A DNA stretch of 64,000 nt from Mizuhopecten yessoensis (lineage: Eukaryota). Shown one piece after another: positions 1 through 13,030 of the stretch. Both the position numbers and the translations under genes were made by a program. The notes under the pieces are model-generated. The model was not told where the DNA came from. It worked only from the letters and a program-made list of their open reading frames with translations, and ran no database searches. The stretch's first letter is position 1; each line of letters starts with the position of its first letter. The stretch is taken from positions 914,983 through 978,982 of the forward strand of contig NW_018408566.1 of the NCBI RefSeq assembly GCF_002113885.1, read 5' to 3'.

Positions 1-81
1 ATTGCCGAATGTACTTGTGACGAAGAGAACAAGAGCCTCGTGTTCGAGGTCAATGAAGTCATATGCATCCATACTAAGGAC
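1..81 (-). CDS. NOS: NOS coding exon 12 (FMN domain; truncated by window edge)
   Basis: ctacag|[27 protein letters not shown]...; NOS VTSTFGNG motif. Confidence 0.95.
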
Positions 82-706
82 CTGTAGACACCACATAACA
101 CAAATTGTTAATACACAAGTCGGCCAAATATACAATATTCAAGCAACCGAGTCATTAAAGGTTTGTTTCATACATGAGGTTGTAAACAATACATATGGTT
201 TACTTTGCTTTTCTTCATATTTTAGTACTGCAAGAAGAAATTTCTGCGGTGTGGAAATGCTCGCATTTTTCGCGTTGAGTAAATATTATCGCGTAAATAT
301 TCAAATCTGAATATAAACTTATAGATATTTGATATATATAATAAGTATATTTCAGAACTATTCCAAACGCGAACATTTGAACACGCAAGAATTTCCATTT
401 TTACAGTAATGGATACTGGACAATGTACAAATAAGACATCAACAATGATCATACTGTAAGAGTGATTTCTTGAAACAAATATTAATACATATCCATGTTA
501 ATGCATGGTACATAGTTTAAATATAGACAGTAACTCATATTTTATTTGTCGCTGTGATACCATTTGTGCTATTAAATCTCTAATTGATATAGAAATAGTG
601 TTATATGTGTTGACTTACATCATACTGTACGAGGACATTTTTGATAACAGAGTGGGTTCTTAATGTTTTATAAGCAATAGTGATTATGAAGAAATCAATG
701 CCCTAC

Positions 707-851
707 CTTAGCATCAAATCCATGTTTAAAGATCTCGCACAGGGTGTTTGCGAACCTTTCAGATTTACCCGTTTCTGTTGCGTACAGTATGGTACATTTC
801 ACACGACGCGCTAGAGCCTTATTCATTAATTTGGCGGAGAACTTCACAGCC
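707..851 (-). CDS. NOS: NOS coding exon 11 (end of CaM helix, FMN domain start)
   Basis: ttgcag|(R)AVKFSAKLMNKALARRVKCTILYATETGKSERFANTLCEIFKHGFDAK|gtaggg; 145 nt; flavodoxin YATETGKS motif. Confidence 0.96.
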
Positions 852-3037
852 CTGCAAGAAAAAGAACAATGCAATGTTTAATTATTCAAACATTAGGGTC
901 GTTGTTGTATGAAGTCAATATATCAAACAATGCAAAGTCCACACGGGTCGTTTATAATCGTTATTAGGGATGGATGAGGACTAGTACCACTGGTTAAACA
1001 AATACACTCTAGATTTACAGTACAAAAGAGGTCTAAATAATTTACACATATATGTTATTTGTGTTACGCAAAACAGACCAAGGAGGGTCCTACAACTGGC
1101 AAACACGACAGATGTCGCAATTGTATGGACATAAACATTGACTGCATAACTATGAACTCTAAATTCACATTGATAATAAAGATGTGCAATTTAATAGATA
1201 TAGATATCAATAAAGGTTTGTTCCATGTGAATGTGGACGGTTGTCTGTCACATCGTTGCTTCAGTGTTTTAACTGTTAAACAGTATATTTCATTTAGACG
1301 TAATTAACTCGTTATTTGATTGGTATTGTGACGTAATTTTTACATGTTACTGCTTCCTTTAATTATATAAAATTGTATATATGTCAAAGCATAATGCACT
1401 AGTACAAGCACAATTATAATATTCAACCTGTCTACACGACAAATGTTAATATATTACTGATTGTTCGACACAGTGGAGTATATTCTAACAAACCAGTGTT
1501 CTACACAGCATGATATTACCTGATAATCGTATGTCTGTTACAAAGTTAACTAACGTTTTACTTGCATTATTGACCATTTTGAGATTGTCCTATGTTAACA
1601 TCCCCCTACAGCAACCCTTCATACAGAGTCGCCTTTTTAATCACCATATCAGCCACTATATCAGACTCATTCTGACAGAGACGCTGCCCCTACGATTACC
1701 GTATCAGCTACAGGACCAATACCACTCGACAGGTCAAATTAGGTCTATCATGATAATCTAGTACAGTATACATTACGGTGTGACGGTGTTATTGACAATT
1801 GTCTCATCTTTCAATACTACGGCCTCTGACAGGCTTGATCAATTAATGTCAGTTGTTTAAACAGTGCTGTTGACATTTTGTCGCCTTGATGACAATTAAC
1901 GGTAGTGTAATATCAATTTACACCAAATTGAACATACATTACAAGAGAGCATCTTTACTTTTTATCCTAATATTGACATAGGTGTCTCATGTTCGTTTAG
2001 TATATAGCACGCTACGGACAGACGTAGTTTTTTGTCGGATTATATGGATTATATGTTTAAGCTATATGGATATTGACTACGTATTGAGCAGTCATGAGCC
2101 TGGCCTTCTCGTCACAAATCCGATATGTATCATCACTTCCCTTCTTCTAGTAAATGAAGCTGTATATGATCATTAATAATACCAAACCTGCGCCTTTACA
2201 AGTATCCGGTTATATATGATAAATCCTAAGCTAAATCTACATCCTAGTTATGATACACATATTTACGTATATTTAAGAAGTAATCTGCATGTGTGTTTGT
2301 ATTGTGGTAGATAATAAAGGAGGATGAGAATATGTTAGAAAATATATAAACACTCGCCACATGAAGCAAATGCTTTTGGACGTTTTTCACATCCATTTTA
2401 GTGCAATTCATGAGTATAAGGCAGTATGATTTATAGAATCGTATTATTAAATTAGGCTATTCTCCGCGTGCAAATATCTCTCCCTCGATGGTTCATACTA
2501 ATTCACCAACAGGCCGATGTCAAAATTGATTTAGGAATATCTCGCGGGTGCAGCCATAAGACATTCGTCAGTTGAAAGTCAAGTTATACGGAAAAATAGT
2601 TATGTACATGCATATACTCTCACTCGACAAAGCTTATTCGTTCAGGGCCGGTCGCACACGGCCGCTAAATGGTTAACAACTGCAATACTCTATAGCTTTT
2701 GAAAGGCCATTGGAAGTACATAGAATAATGAGCGCAATAAGTTTATACACGTGCATGTAATATTTCCAATAGTGCAAAGTTATCAATGAATAAAAAGTGC
2801 CGTAACCTCCACGACAAGGTAGAAAGCAAATAATGATTATCACTATATAGTACACTATGTTTGATGTAGTGTCCCAAAATAAGGCATTCTCATGTGCTTT
2901 ACAGTAATATTTAGATATATATAATCTATGAAATACGTAATGAACGTGATCATTGATCGATTATGAACGGTTTTGGTGATACTATATATAGAAGATGACC
3001 ACTTGATGGCACAATTCATTTTTATACAAATACTCAC

Positions 3038-3135
3038 CGTGCGAGTTCTTTAAATCCGAATTTCCTCTTTGGTCGGTCAAGTGACTTGGTCTTGTCCCTA
3101 TCCTTTTTCCAGACATATGTTTTCCATGGATCTTC
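3038..3135 (-). CDS. NOS: NOS coding exon 10 (start of calmodulin-binding helix)
   Basis: gaacag|EDPWKTYVWKKDRDKTKSLDRPKRKFGFKELA(R)|gtgagt; 98 nt. Confidence 0.94.
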
Positions 3136-4131
3136 CTGTTCCACGTAAAAAGGTAGGTATGCATTAGTGTTAATTGCATTCTTTAAGTTTGAATTTACTA
3201 ATAAAACTATTTGAACATATCATATTTCAGTGAAATCCGTCTCAGGGGTCCCTGTCCTACAGTACTTTCGCTTTTTCTATTTACAGTTAACTCCCCCTAA
3301 CTCCCCTTTGGATATAACTGTATCACCTGTAGGCTAGTACACTCCCGCTGACCAGATAGCTCAATTGGTTACATCGATAGTATAATAAGTCCATGGTTGA
3401 TCTCGGTCTAGCCCCGCTTTAGTTTTTAGACTCAGAATATTCTTGTTGATTTTGTCTTGTTTATTTCATCTTCATTTATCAGTTTTTATTGAAATCCGAC
3501 AAAGTATGTTTTTCTTTTCAGATAAAAATTATCAAGGCTATAGTCATGCCGGAAAAAGATTTTCCAGTACTTAGTTTGAGCTTTTGACAGTGGTACGGGG
3601 ATCATTTATCGATATTAAAGGGTACTATATCTGTTGGGTAAGACAGTTTGTCAGTAGTTCTGTTTTAATGACAACACATTGTAGGGTTAGACAATATCTT
3701 AGTCAAGTCAGGATTCAAATAAAGATAAAATCAGAATCTTGGCATCATGAAATTGCATCATATATTTAAGTTTTGTCATCGTATTATAGAACACGCGTGT
3801 TCATCTAGTTCATATATGTATCTAAATGTTCATATTCACGTTAAATAAAACAACAAGCGTACATGTATGTCTCGATGAATAAACAGCAATACTGTAGTGC
3901 ATGCTCTGTCGTCAAAATGAATCTGGTATGTTTTATTATGATAAATCAAAAGCGCCCTTTTTCCAATATCAAATCGATTTACACCAAAACGTTAACTAAA
4001 GTGTGTAAGATTACGCTGAATTCGTTGTACTATCACAACCTATGGTTCAAGTTTTTTTTCCAAACATTGCTATTTTTATTTGTAGCTTTGCATTGCTTTG
4101 TTTTCAATGGTAAACAAAATAAGAACTTTAC

Positions 4132-4326
4132 CAGAGGTTCATAGGAAGGTTTGATTTTGTAGCGCAGCATTTCCTGGTGGAATACCGGAGTGATGCTCCC
4201 ACTCATTGGAGGTACAACCCACACCCAGTCTGCCGGACAACCGCCGCGATTCTTCTGTTCATTCTCCATAAACTTCATGAACGACTCCGAAGCGGCGTGA
4301 TGATCGGTGATGGTAACACCCTGGGA
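4132..4326 (-). CDS. NOS: NOS coding exon 9 (BH4-binding DWVWVVPP...TPVFHQEM)
   Basis: tatcag|[65 protein letters not shown]|gtaaag; 195 nt. Confidence 0.96.
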
Positions 4327-4490
4327 CTGATAGCGATAGAATAATATAACACGTTAACACCACGGAAATGATAACATTGTCAAATATAGAACGTAAACAC
4401 CCCAACACCCTGGGACTGATAACGATAGAATAATATAACACGTTAACACCAAGGAAATGATAACATTGTCAAATATAGAACGTAAACACC
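4315..4490. repeat. 89-bp tandem duplication covering the acceptor of coding exon 9
   Basis: aacaccctgggactgata(g/a)cgatagaataatataacacgttaacacca(c/a)ggaaatg...cgtaaacacc starts at 4315 and 4404. Confidence 0.93.
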
Positions 4491-4644
4491 ACAACGACTA
4501 ATTAGATAGAAATAAACAGCATGCAAGACTTTATATATAAATGAATCGATACATCAGTCTCATGTTAGGATGTATAAGAATACGTTTTTCTTCATGAAGC
4601 TCGATTGATAGGAAAGCAGAGTGTCCATCGTTTGTCTTGCCTAC

Positions 4645-4746
4645 CTGGAAACTATGAAGAACAGATATGTTCATTTCTACGAGGGCTCTGTCCTTCCATA
4701 ACGAAGAACTCTTTCGTGTATCCAGACCCATCTTGGTCGCAATAAC
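4645..4746 (-). CDS. NOS: NOS coding exon 8 (oxygenase)
   Basis: gactag|VIATKMGLDTRKSSSLWKDRALVEMNISVLHSFQ|gtaggc; 102 nt. Confidence 0.96.
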
Positions 4747-5083
4747 CTAGTCAAACAGACAATGATTCGATATACATGACGTGATATAATGATATATTTG
4801 ACGCAAGCTTATACATTAGTTCTACTGTCCTGTGCACTTTGTTTTTTATTAATGAAGCTCATACTTTCTAAATGCACGACACATTAAATGGTAGTTACAG
4901 GAAAATAATGCATTTATAAAACTCGAGATAATTACACAGATAACATGTATAATGTGTTAGTTAGCACTTTATTTTAATAAGTAAGCCATCTATTGTATTT
5001 CACGTGCTAAATAATATCTGAATAAATTAAAAACATCAGTTAAACAAGAATGAAACAGATTCAGTAACAAGTCATAATGTTAC

Positions 5084-5258
5084 CTCAAGCATGTTATATC
5101 TCTGTGCGTCACAGAAGTCTCTGGCACCAATCTCTGTGCCCATGTACCAGCCATTAAATGGTGCTGCGGTGAATTCCAGACCACCACAGTCGAACAATAA
5201 ACAACTGACAGCAGGCAAACCGTACCACCGCAGACCCATGTCGGCAAACCAAGGGAAT
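5084..5258 (-). CDS. NOS: NOS coding exon 7 (substrate-binding Glu, WYMGTEIG)
   Basis: ttacag|[58 protein letters not shown]|gtaaca; 175 nt. Confidence 0.97.
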
Positions 5259-5571
5259 CTGTAACGACACAAGGAACATTTGGCAGAATTCAATATTTGG
5301 TGATAAATGTCTACCATGTAAACAAAGTGTATGTTACATATGATTTAGGTAGTCATAAAACTGCGTATACTTCTTCAGCAGAAAGATACAATTTTATTTT
5401 TGGTTTTCATTTCCATTCCCTTCGCTTGGTATATTTACAAAGACACTTTCATGAAATCTCCATAGATTCTATCAGATCAGAGAAGGAGAAATTTGCATAA
5501 TACACATTTACGACTTCCACAATGATGAGTTATACAGAACAACTCTATTTGAAAAGTAAAATAGTTCATAC

Positions 5572-5711
5572 TTTGGGTGTTTCAAGTTAACCTCCATGAT
5601 CAGGTCCTGAGGAATCTCGAACAGTTCTGGATCCAGTCCATTGGCTTGCAGTACCAAGGGAAGGACATCAAACATGCCGTTTTTGCCTTTCCATCCCATC
5701 TTCTGACAAAC
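5572..5711 (-). CDS. NOS: NOS coding exon 6 (oxygenase)
   Basis: cgccag|[46 protein letters not shown](K)|gtatga; 140 nt. Confidence 0.96.
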
Positions 5712-7067
5712 CTGGCGGGCAAGTAATGACTCATGAGTATTTGAAAAAACAACTATATTTCAAGCTATAGAAGGCATACACAGTACATGTAACACAGTAC
5801 CCGCTATTGCCAATAATGCTAAATATGTAATGTGAAACAAAGCCGAACAAAGGAATACATAGTAATACAATGTTTTATTAAACCAAACAACTTCAGACTG
5901 TCACAAGGTGTTACATAAAGCCACAAATCTACATACACAGCCAAACAACGGGTTAATAAGTAGTACAACATCAGACAAAGACGAATAACAGTTACTGAAT
6001 GGTATAGATAGCGCTGGTTCCTTAGTATTATACAAATATAGACCCTGACGAAAATCTGCGTAAAGTCAGAAAATAACAGTTATACAACGTTAGACACTCT
6101 CTACCAGTTGCACAAAATGAGACAGCCACTAAACATTGTTCTAAGTTAGACAGTTATTAAATATTGCACAAAGTCACAAGTCTTAATAAGTTAACAGTGT
6201 TAACACACGTGACTTAAAATGTTTACAAAGTCAGTTATCACATTTCAACAATGTTAACGTTACAAATATTAAGATACATGAAATGTCCTTTAAAGTCAAG
6301 AAACATCTTATACGATGTCTTATAAAGTCATCAAATGTCCGATATAAACCTGAACGTCGAAGTATGTCATTGACCTGAGACCTTGTGTTCGTAGCTTACA
6401 TCCTAATCGATCGCCTCTACTGTGACTACACAATAGTACAGACACATAGTCAATAGTAATATGTAGGTTTAAACCTAACTTATGGCGTGACAGGTCTCAT
6501 TTTCCCCAATTACATTATGAGACTTTCCTAATTTATTTTATCAATCAGTAAGAACCATTATATTTGTATTGTTCTAGTGGTCTAGGTGATATTTTGTATC
6601 TACCTGCTTAATCATCACCTACATAGGAACATAAAGGTGTTTTGTGAAAGTAAAGAAAAGCATAACTACCAAAAATAAGAAAACTAAATGCTTAATGTTT
6701 TACCATTAAATAATTACTAGTTTGAACGCTTTGACCATCACTGAAAAGTTGAAATGAAATGTATAATTGTAGCATTTCCCCGTCGAAAAAATAAGGAATG
6801 TTTAAGGTCCGTAACATTGAGAATATTGTACTAAAATGTCACACCGGGAGGGTGCTGAAATTACTCCCATCTCTCATACTACCTACTCATATCCCACCAC
6901 TCTTATCATCCTAAACACTTACACCATTTACTGTACCTCTCCACACTAATCCCAATACCCCAGACTACTACAAATACTTAACTAGGCCTGCTTACTACGT
7001 CTTCTGCATGCCATTCCCTACACCTAAAATCACACAATAGTGACACACAACAAAATTCATGACGTAC

Positions 7068-7209
7068 TTCTGTGAACTCAACGCTAGCTGGATCCCCTAT
7101 GATAGATCCGTCGGCCTGTTTGTAGCCGGCGTACCGGATAAGTTGGGAATTCCATACCCGGAAGTCATGTTTACCATCGGTTCGGGCCGGGAAAACAGTT
7201 ATTGCCGAT
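7068..7209 (-). CDS. NOS: NOS coding exon 5 (oxygenase)
   Basis: cttcag|[47 protein letters not shown]|gtacgt; 142 nt. Confidence 0.97.
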
Positions 7210-7799
7210 CTGAAGAGCGAAAAAGGTACGATCATTTTTTTTTTGTAGGAATCACAGAATTAAAATCGTATTTAGTGTTTAAGAAATTCCATCGATTAAT
7301 TCAGGAGACATATGAACTGAAATGATGTATAGCAATAACTTATCAAAAGAGGCGCATCGACTTTATAACAGTAATTTGAAAGGAATTGACATGGAAACAA
7401 ACAAATTGTAACTTGTAATTGGTGGAAATAGAATGCCAAGAGGTCAACGTAGATCGCTCTGGCAACAGCTACTTACATTCACCCAGTAAAGGTGTTGAAA
7501 TCAACGGTCATGGGTTCAATATCTTCGCTAAACTAACATACATGTAGGTTAATAAAAGTGTTGTCAGCTTCGTTATATCTTTCAATACTAGATTATTTGA
7601 TTAGCAGAATTGTATAAGCAAAGTTGGAGAACAGTTGCTGCTCGAAGAAAACAAAACCCCAAAAAACCTAGTATACATCGTGAGTGATGAACAAACAAAT
7701 TGAAATTGTCAATTGAACGAGCTAAACCAATAACAATGTACAAACAAACCAACCAATCAAATGCCAAGTTAACAAGATAAACCAATCATCTTCTCTTAC

Positions 7800-7891
7800 C
7801 TGATGTTGCCTTTGTTGTTACCGTACTTAATGTGGTTACAAATAGCCTCGAACATCCCTCGTGCAGTCGTGATGTGGCGAGCGTCAAATAC
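7800..7891 (-). CDS. NOS: NOS coding exon 4 (oxygenase)
   Basis: ttttag|[30 protein letters not shown](R)|gtaaga; 92 nt; absent from the ORF track, translated by hand. Confidence 0.95.
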
Positions 7892-7931
7892 CTAAAACCG
7901 AAACAGCATTTTCAACGTCAATCAAGTTTGA

Positions 7932-8036
7932 AGTTATGTCATTAAAAGCTACATATACTATTTTGACATTATGTCGTTAAAAACTATATATACTATTTTG
8001 ACGTTATGTCTTTAAAAGCTATATATACTATTTTGA
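7932..8036. repeat. 35-bp tandem repeat, 3 copies
   Basis: ttatgtc(a/g/t)ttaaaagcta(c/t)atatactattttgac. Confidence 0.85.
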
Positions 8037-8194
8037 TGAATGGCGAGAATAAAGTTTTAGTTCCTTCTATTACTTGTTCTATTAACAATGTACCATTGGG
8101 TACAGTGCCTATTTACATAACTGCTTGGATTACACGTTAGAATCAGTATCGATGGATAAACTGATTAATCTTCATGTTATTGCTTTACTTGTTG

Positions 8195-8603
8195 GTTATT
8201 CCAACTAGTACTTCCAACACTACTAGTAATTATCACTAATCGTAGTGTTTTCCTACTAGATACGTCCCATGCATCTCAGGTTATGACCTACCTGCAGTTT
8301 ATTCTACTGTATACGTACAACGTTTGTAAATAATATTGACCAATACGTAGTGTATTATACTGGATACATTGGATACAACTGGCAATGATGCCAAACCTGA
8401 GTCAATTCCACTGGATACATCCAATATATCTGGTAATGTTATTGCCTAAACCGAGTTTTTTCCAATTGAATACATCCGATACACATGGAACAGCTCAGTT
8501 TATTACACTCGATACGTACCATAAGTGTGAAAGTATTGTCCTATCATTAACCAGGTAACATTGACCTACCTGTAGTTTATTCCACTGAATACGTCCAATA
8601 CAC
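8195..8603. repeat. Degenerate ~52-bp tandem array derived from the 3' end of NOS coding exon 3
   Basis: Variants of ttattccactgaatacgtccaat with anchors near 8209, 8261, 8312, 8365, 8416, 8471, 8513 and the exon itself at 8590; copy 8284-8320 matches the exon end plus donor at 33/37 nt. Confidence 0.75.
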
Positions 8604-8732
8604 CTTGCCTCATTCCTCCACGCCGTCTTCGCCCCGTACGTTAACTCATTGGTCGTGAGTTCGTAGGTACCTTTTTTCTCTATGCTGGCCTCAACCTCCA
8701 GCCATCGCTTTTGGTAAGCCTCTGTGTTTAAT
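8570..8732 (-). CDS. NOS: NOS coding exon 3 (heme-ligating Cys)
   Basis: gatcag|(R)[10 protein letters not shown]...[34 protein letters not shown]|gtaggt; 163 nt. Confidence 0.97.
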
Positions 8733-11024
8733 CTGATCACAAGGTTAGATAGAATTATTACACAACACAAAACCTGACATAAAACACACACGAGAGATGC
8801 ATGTACACACTACTGATACGGCTGTATATCGGTATCACTTATTGTGTAGATACATTTCAAATATAAAGATTAAAAATAGTTGAAAAAGTGTTAATCAGTT
8901 CCAGCCAATTAAATATTAATTATTCTCTAGTCCTGAGTAACAGTATTGCAATATGTACGTTCAATGGGTTAAATATCAATTAATACAGATGAACTAAGCA
9001 CATTTGATTCTTTATATCTTTTGTAAATAATAATGTTCTTTGGTTGTTTAAATACCATTCCCTCGTGTAACTTTTGTTAAACTTTCTTTTTGTATCACGT
9101 CATTTGCGGTATTGCGGCGAATCCGGTTGGATAAAAAACAGTTGTTTGAGCTATACTCACATCAACCAAATCGACATGACAGAATAAGGACGGATAATTT
9201 ACAACGTTTATTCCAGAGGTTTTCGTGTTTATACATTTTGTAGTCTTTCCTTTCTATGAAATTGTTTAATATCATTCTTAAGTGGAGATAAACAGACCAC
9301 ATTTTAAAAGTAAAAAGGAATATCTTAATATATCATAAAGTATGATAGATATGATAAATGTCTATCAAAGATGATACTCATTTTACCGACTTTACACATA
9401 TAGTATTGCATGTACGTTTACATGATGTTTTAAGTGCTGACATTTATTGTATCCTCAACACAAACGACATTCGCAGCTAAATTTGTAAACACTTGTTTCT
9501 TAGTTCTCTCACGTTATGCAAAGAATGAGAGGCTTAATCAAAATGACAATGAGGAATTTTCTTTGAAATACAAATGTATCTGTTAATTTCTATAATTGAA
9601 TATACCATTAGTTTTGTTAGTCCCACTGTCTGTACTAACTCCCGTTCTTTAATTATTCCCTTTGTATATTTACCCCTGTGTGTACCAAGCACCTGTTTAT
9701 AACTAACACTTCTCTGTATTTACCACACGTCTATACAACATGTTTATATTACGGTATAAACTTTAAGTAACATTTCGATATTTACATGCCAATTGCCCGT
9801 GAAGACACGTTGTCTCCTGAGCTGGCATTATGTGTTACGCAGATACAGCACTACAGTGAAGTGTTTACTTCTATTCTTAGTAACTATTTTCACCATGAAC
9901 CCGACCACATACTTTTTAAAGATATGTGAAGTATAAAATATTCATTGGTAGGCTATGTTTGGATGATTGTGATTTTCGGGGGTGATGCCATCAATGGTAC
10001 GAGTTCACAGCATCTTTGAATAATTCAGACACATGTGTTGGAGTAAAAAAAAACTACGAGATTTAACTCAGCTGAAAGTTCATCGTAATCGCCAAATCGA
10101 GCTTCACAATTTATATCTATTAGCTCAGTTTCCTTATAAATCAATTAACACTATCTTAAAATATTCACAGGCTACTATACAGTAGTTGTCCTGTCTTTGG
10201 GAATTCGGTGCGATTGTTTCAGGCCCATTATCAAACGCCCTGCTGACGTCATTCTACTTGTGAATTGAGTTACAGATACATACTATCATTTTGACATATA
10301 TATATATCCAGATAACGAAATATCACTTCTGAATTTGGTAGAGTATTACTGTTCCCATTCCTTTTAGAATATCAAGACGGCTATTGAGATACTGAAAGGT
10401 AATAATTATCAACGATTATCTGTGGTCACACTGATAACATTACTGTTTTAGAGCATGTGGGTGATAAAGAGAAAGGTTGACATTTTGTCTTTATTCAATA
10501 AATTGACTGGCGGTTAACTAATCTTTTAACGATATCAATTGCTATAGCTGACATTTCTGTTTGACGATTTCTAATATCATCTGGTATCAATTATTTCACT
10601 AACAGACACTTTTCTAGGAAATTCTACAGAACTAATATCCGGATATATTTCCCTGAGTTGTGTGTCTTTATTATACACCTGTACAAAGCAACGTCTTTAC
10701 TAACATCAAGTTTACCTTCGCAGAATGATTCATATTTGTAATGTCTGTAATGGTATTTGTAAATTAAAACGATTATCACAATTTTAGGTCGTTTTTCCCA
10801 TTGGAAACATTTCCTACGATCCAGTGTGCACACGTGTTACTCCTAGGACACCTTTCCTCTGAGCCAATGCAAATTAACTTGGTATTCAACAATAAGGTGT
10901 GGAGTATCAAAACAAGTTTGAATTATCATACGTGACTTATTAACATAAATTTACAGAAAAACGAAATATAAATCACTGCCTTAACGCGCAATGAAATATA
11001 CTCATCCAAAGTCGTTAAGAAAAG

Positions 11025-11605
11025 ATTACAACAGGAACGAAGTAGATATCAAAGCAACAGCAACGGAGGGGATACCAAAACAACACCAGCAACGGAGGGG
11101 ATACCAAAACAACACCGGCAACGGAGGGGATACCAAAACAACACCAGCAACGGGGGGGATACCAAAACATGAATGGAGGAGATAATAAAACAAAAGGAAA
11201 TTTGTGAATAGCTAAACAACTGTAACTGAGTGGATACCAACAGCAGGAACTGGGGGACACAAATCAAATGGAGTGGATACCAGAAAAACAGGAATGGATG
11301 AGATAGTATAACAACAGGAACGAAGGGGATACCAAAACAAACCAAATGGAGTGGATACCAGAAAAACAGGATCGGATTAGATACTCAAACAACAGGAACG
11401 GAAGGGATACAAAAAAAAGAAATAGAAGGGATACCAATTCAACAAGAATGAATGGGTACCAACTAATAGGAACAGAGGGAAAACCAAAACAACAGAAACG
11501 GAGGGGAAACCAATACAGCAGGAACGGGGTGGATACCAAAATAACAGCAACGGAGTGAATACCAAACAATACGAATGAACGGGGTACCAAAACAAACAAA
11601 TAACA
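11025..11605. repeat. ~29-bp minisatellite, degenerating
   Basis: ggataccaaaacaacaccagcaacggagg units at 11071, 11100, 11129 and onward. Confidence 0.85.
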
Positions 11606-11817
11606 GAATGAGCTGAGCTGAAGAAAATTATCGTCCCTTCCATATTCTAACATTAACCGTCCAATGGTAATATTTAACATGTTATCATCAATTTTTAATT
11701 GACAAAACACTAAACCAGTCAAAACGGACACGGATACAATATCCTAAAATGGACGTAGATAACCACATTGACCAGAAATGTCCATAGACCAAGACCAATT
11801 AAATTGGAGATGGGTAC

Positions 11818-11960
11818 CTTTTGATGGACGTGTAGTACTCGTCAATGAATTCCCGCGCCTGCGTCAACAGCTCTTCTTGTGGACGAGGTTCTCCGACTGA
11901 TCGAGTGGGCGGGTGGTTCATAATCGAACCTAAACATTTTGAGTTGGAACATGGTACTGC
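11818..11960 (-). CDS. NOS: NOS coding exon 2 (Zn-binding CxxxxC)
   Basis: tttccag|AVPCSNSKCLGSIMNHPP...ELLTQAREFIDEYYTSIK(R)|gtaccc; 143 nt, phase 0 to 2. Confidence 0.95.
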
Positions 11961-12721
11961 CTGGAAAGATAAAGCAATAAAATTTGCTATAATGTATAGC
12001 ATGCAGTCAACAAAAATAAGACGAAACGTTCCTCGTTGTATAAAACAGATACTTTAACACTTTCAACAATTTAAAAAGAAAAGGTTATACCTTTACTGAC
12101 GTTCTGCAAAAGAAATTATGATTGAGTCAAGTTATAAAATTATATTTTGGCAAGAGATAATGCTATTGGTTTTGGCAAATGATTGAAACTCAGTTTAATA
12201 TATAGTATGCTATCAGAAAGAAAGTGATTAATATCTTTTTGTTCAGCAGACAAAACAACACGTCGCCCTTTGTTTTATGGTAGTTTAAAATATTTGTTTC
12301 CGTCTTTATACTTTAAGACCAATTAAAATGACAGCTAGACACGGTGGTTGATATCCAGACCATAAATAATATTGTATCCAACGTCACGCAGGATTTACAG
12401 TAAAGTGGTATTTCATCACAGATGTTCCTGGTTGACCAAGGTGCAGACATAAATACTTGACGACTTAAGACACAACAACACTCTCGTTCCTGTTTACTGC
12501 TAAAAAAACAATACCAACCATGACCATGTCTTATGACTATATAAACAATAACTACCTGAAATTATCACAGTTAAAAGAAGGAGAACCGATATGTCCGTTT
12601 GATTGAACAGGCCCTTGATTCTAGCAGAAATGATATCTTAATAGTTGAAATATGATGGTCGTTCAAGATTTCGAGCGGAATGTTAGAGCATCATAGGTGC
12701 AAAATAAAATGTGGCTTGCAT

Positions 12722-13030
12722 ACAATGCGCCTTGATAGGGTTAATACACTGAATGCGCCTTGGCGGGGTTAACACAAATAATGCGCCTTGGTAGTGTTTA
12801 TACATAGAATGCGCCTTGGCAGGGTTAAAACATATAATGCGTCTTGTTGGGGTTAATGCATATCACGCGTCTTGATAGGGTTACTATACAGAATGCGCAT
12901 TGGTATGTTAGTACATATAATGCGTCTTGATAGTGTTAACATATAGAATGCGCCTTGGTAGTGTTAACATATAGAATGCGCCTTGGTAGTGTTAACATAT
13001 AGAATGCGCCTTGATAGGGTTAATACATAT
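12722..13030. repeat. 28-bp minisatellite, ~11 copies
   Basis: agaatgcgccttggtagtgttaacatat. Confidence 0.9.

Noticed and set aside
3345-3420. tRNA-like A box (tagctcaattggt); similar B box gttcgaatcc near 63851
   Set aside because: No cloverleaf can be built; at most decayed SINE heads.
10991-11731. Hydrophobic and basic ORFs on both strands
   Set aside because: Arise from the 29-bp purine-rich repeat.
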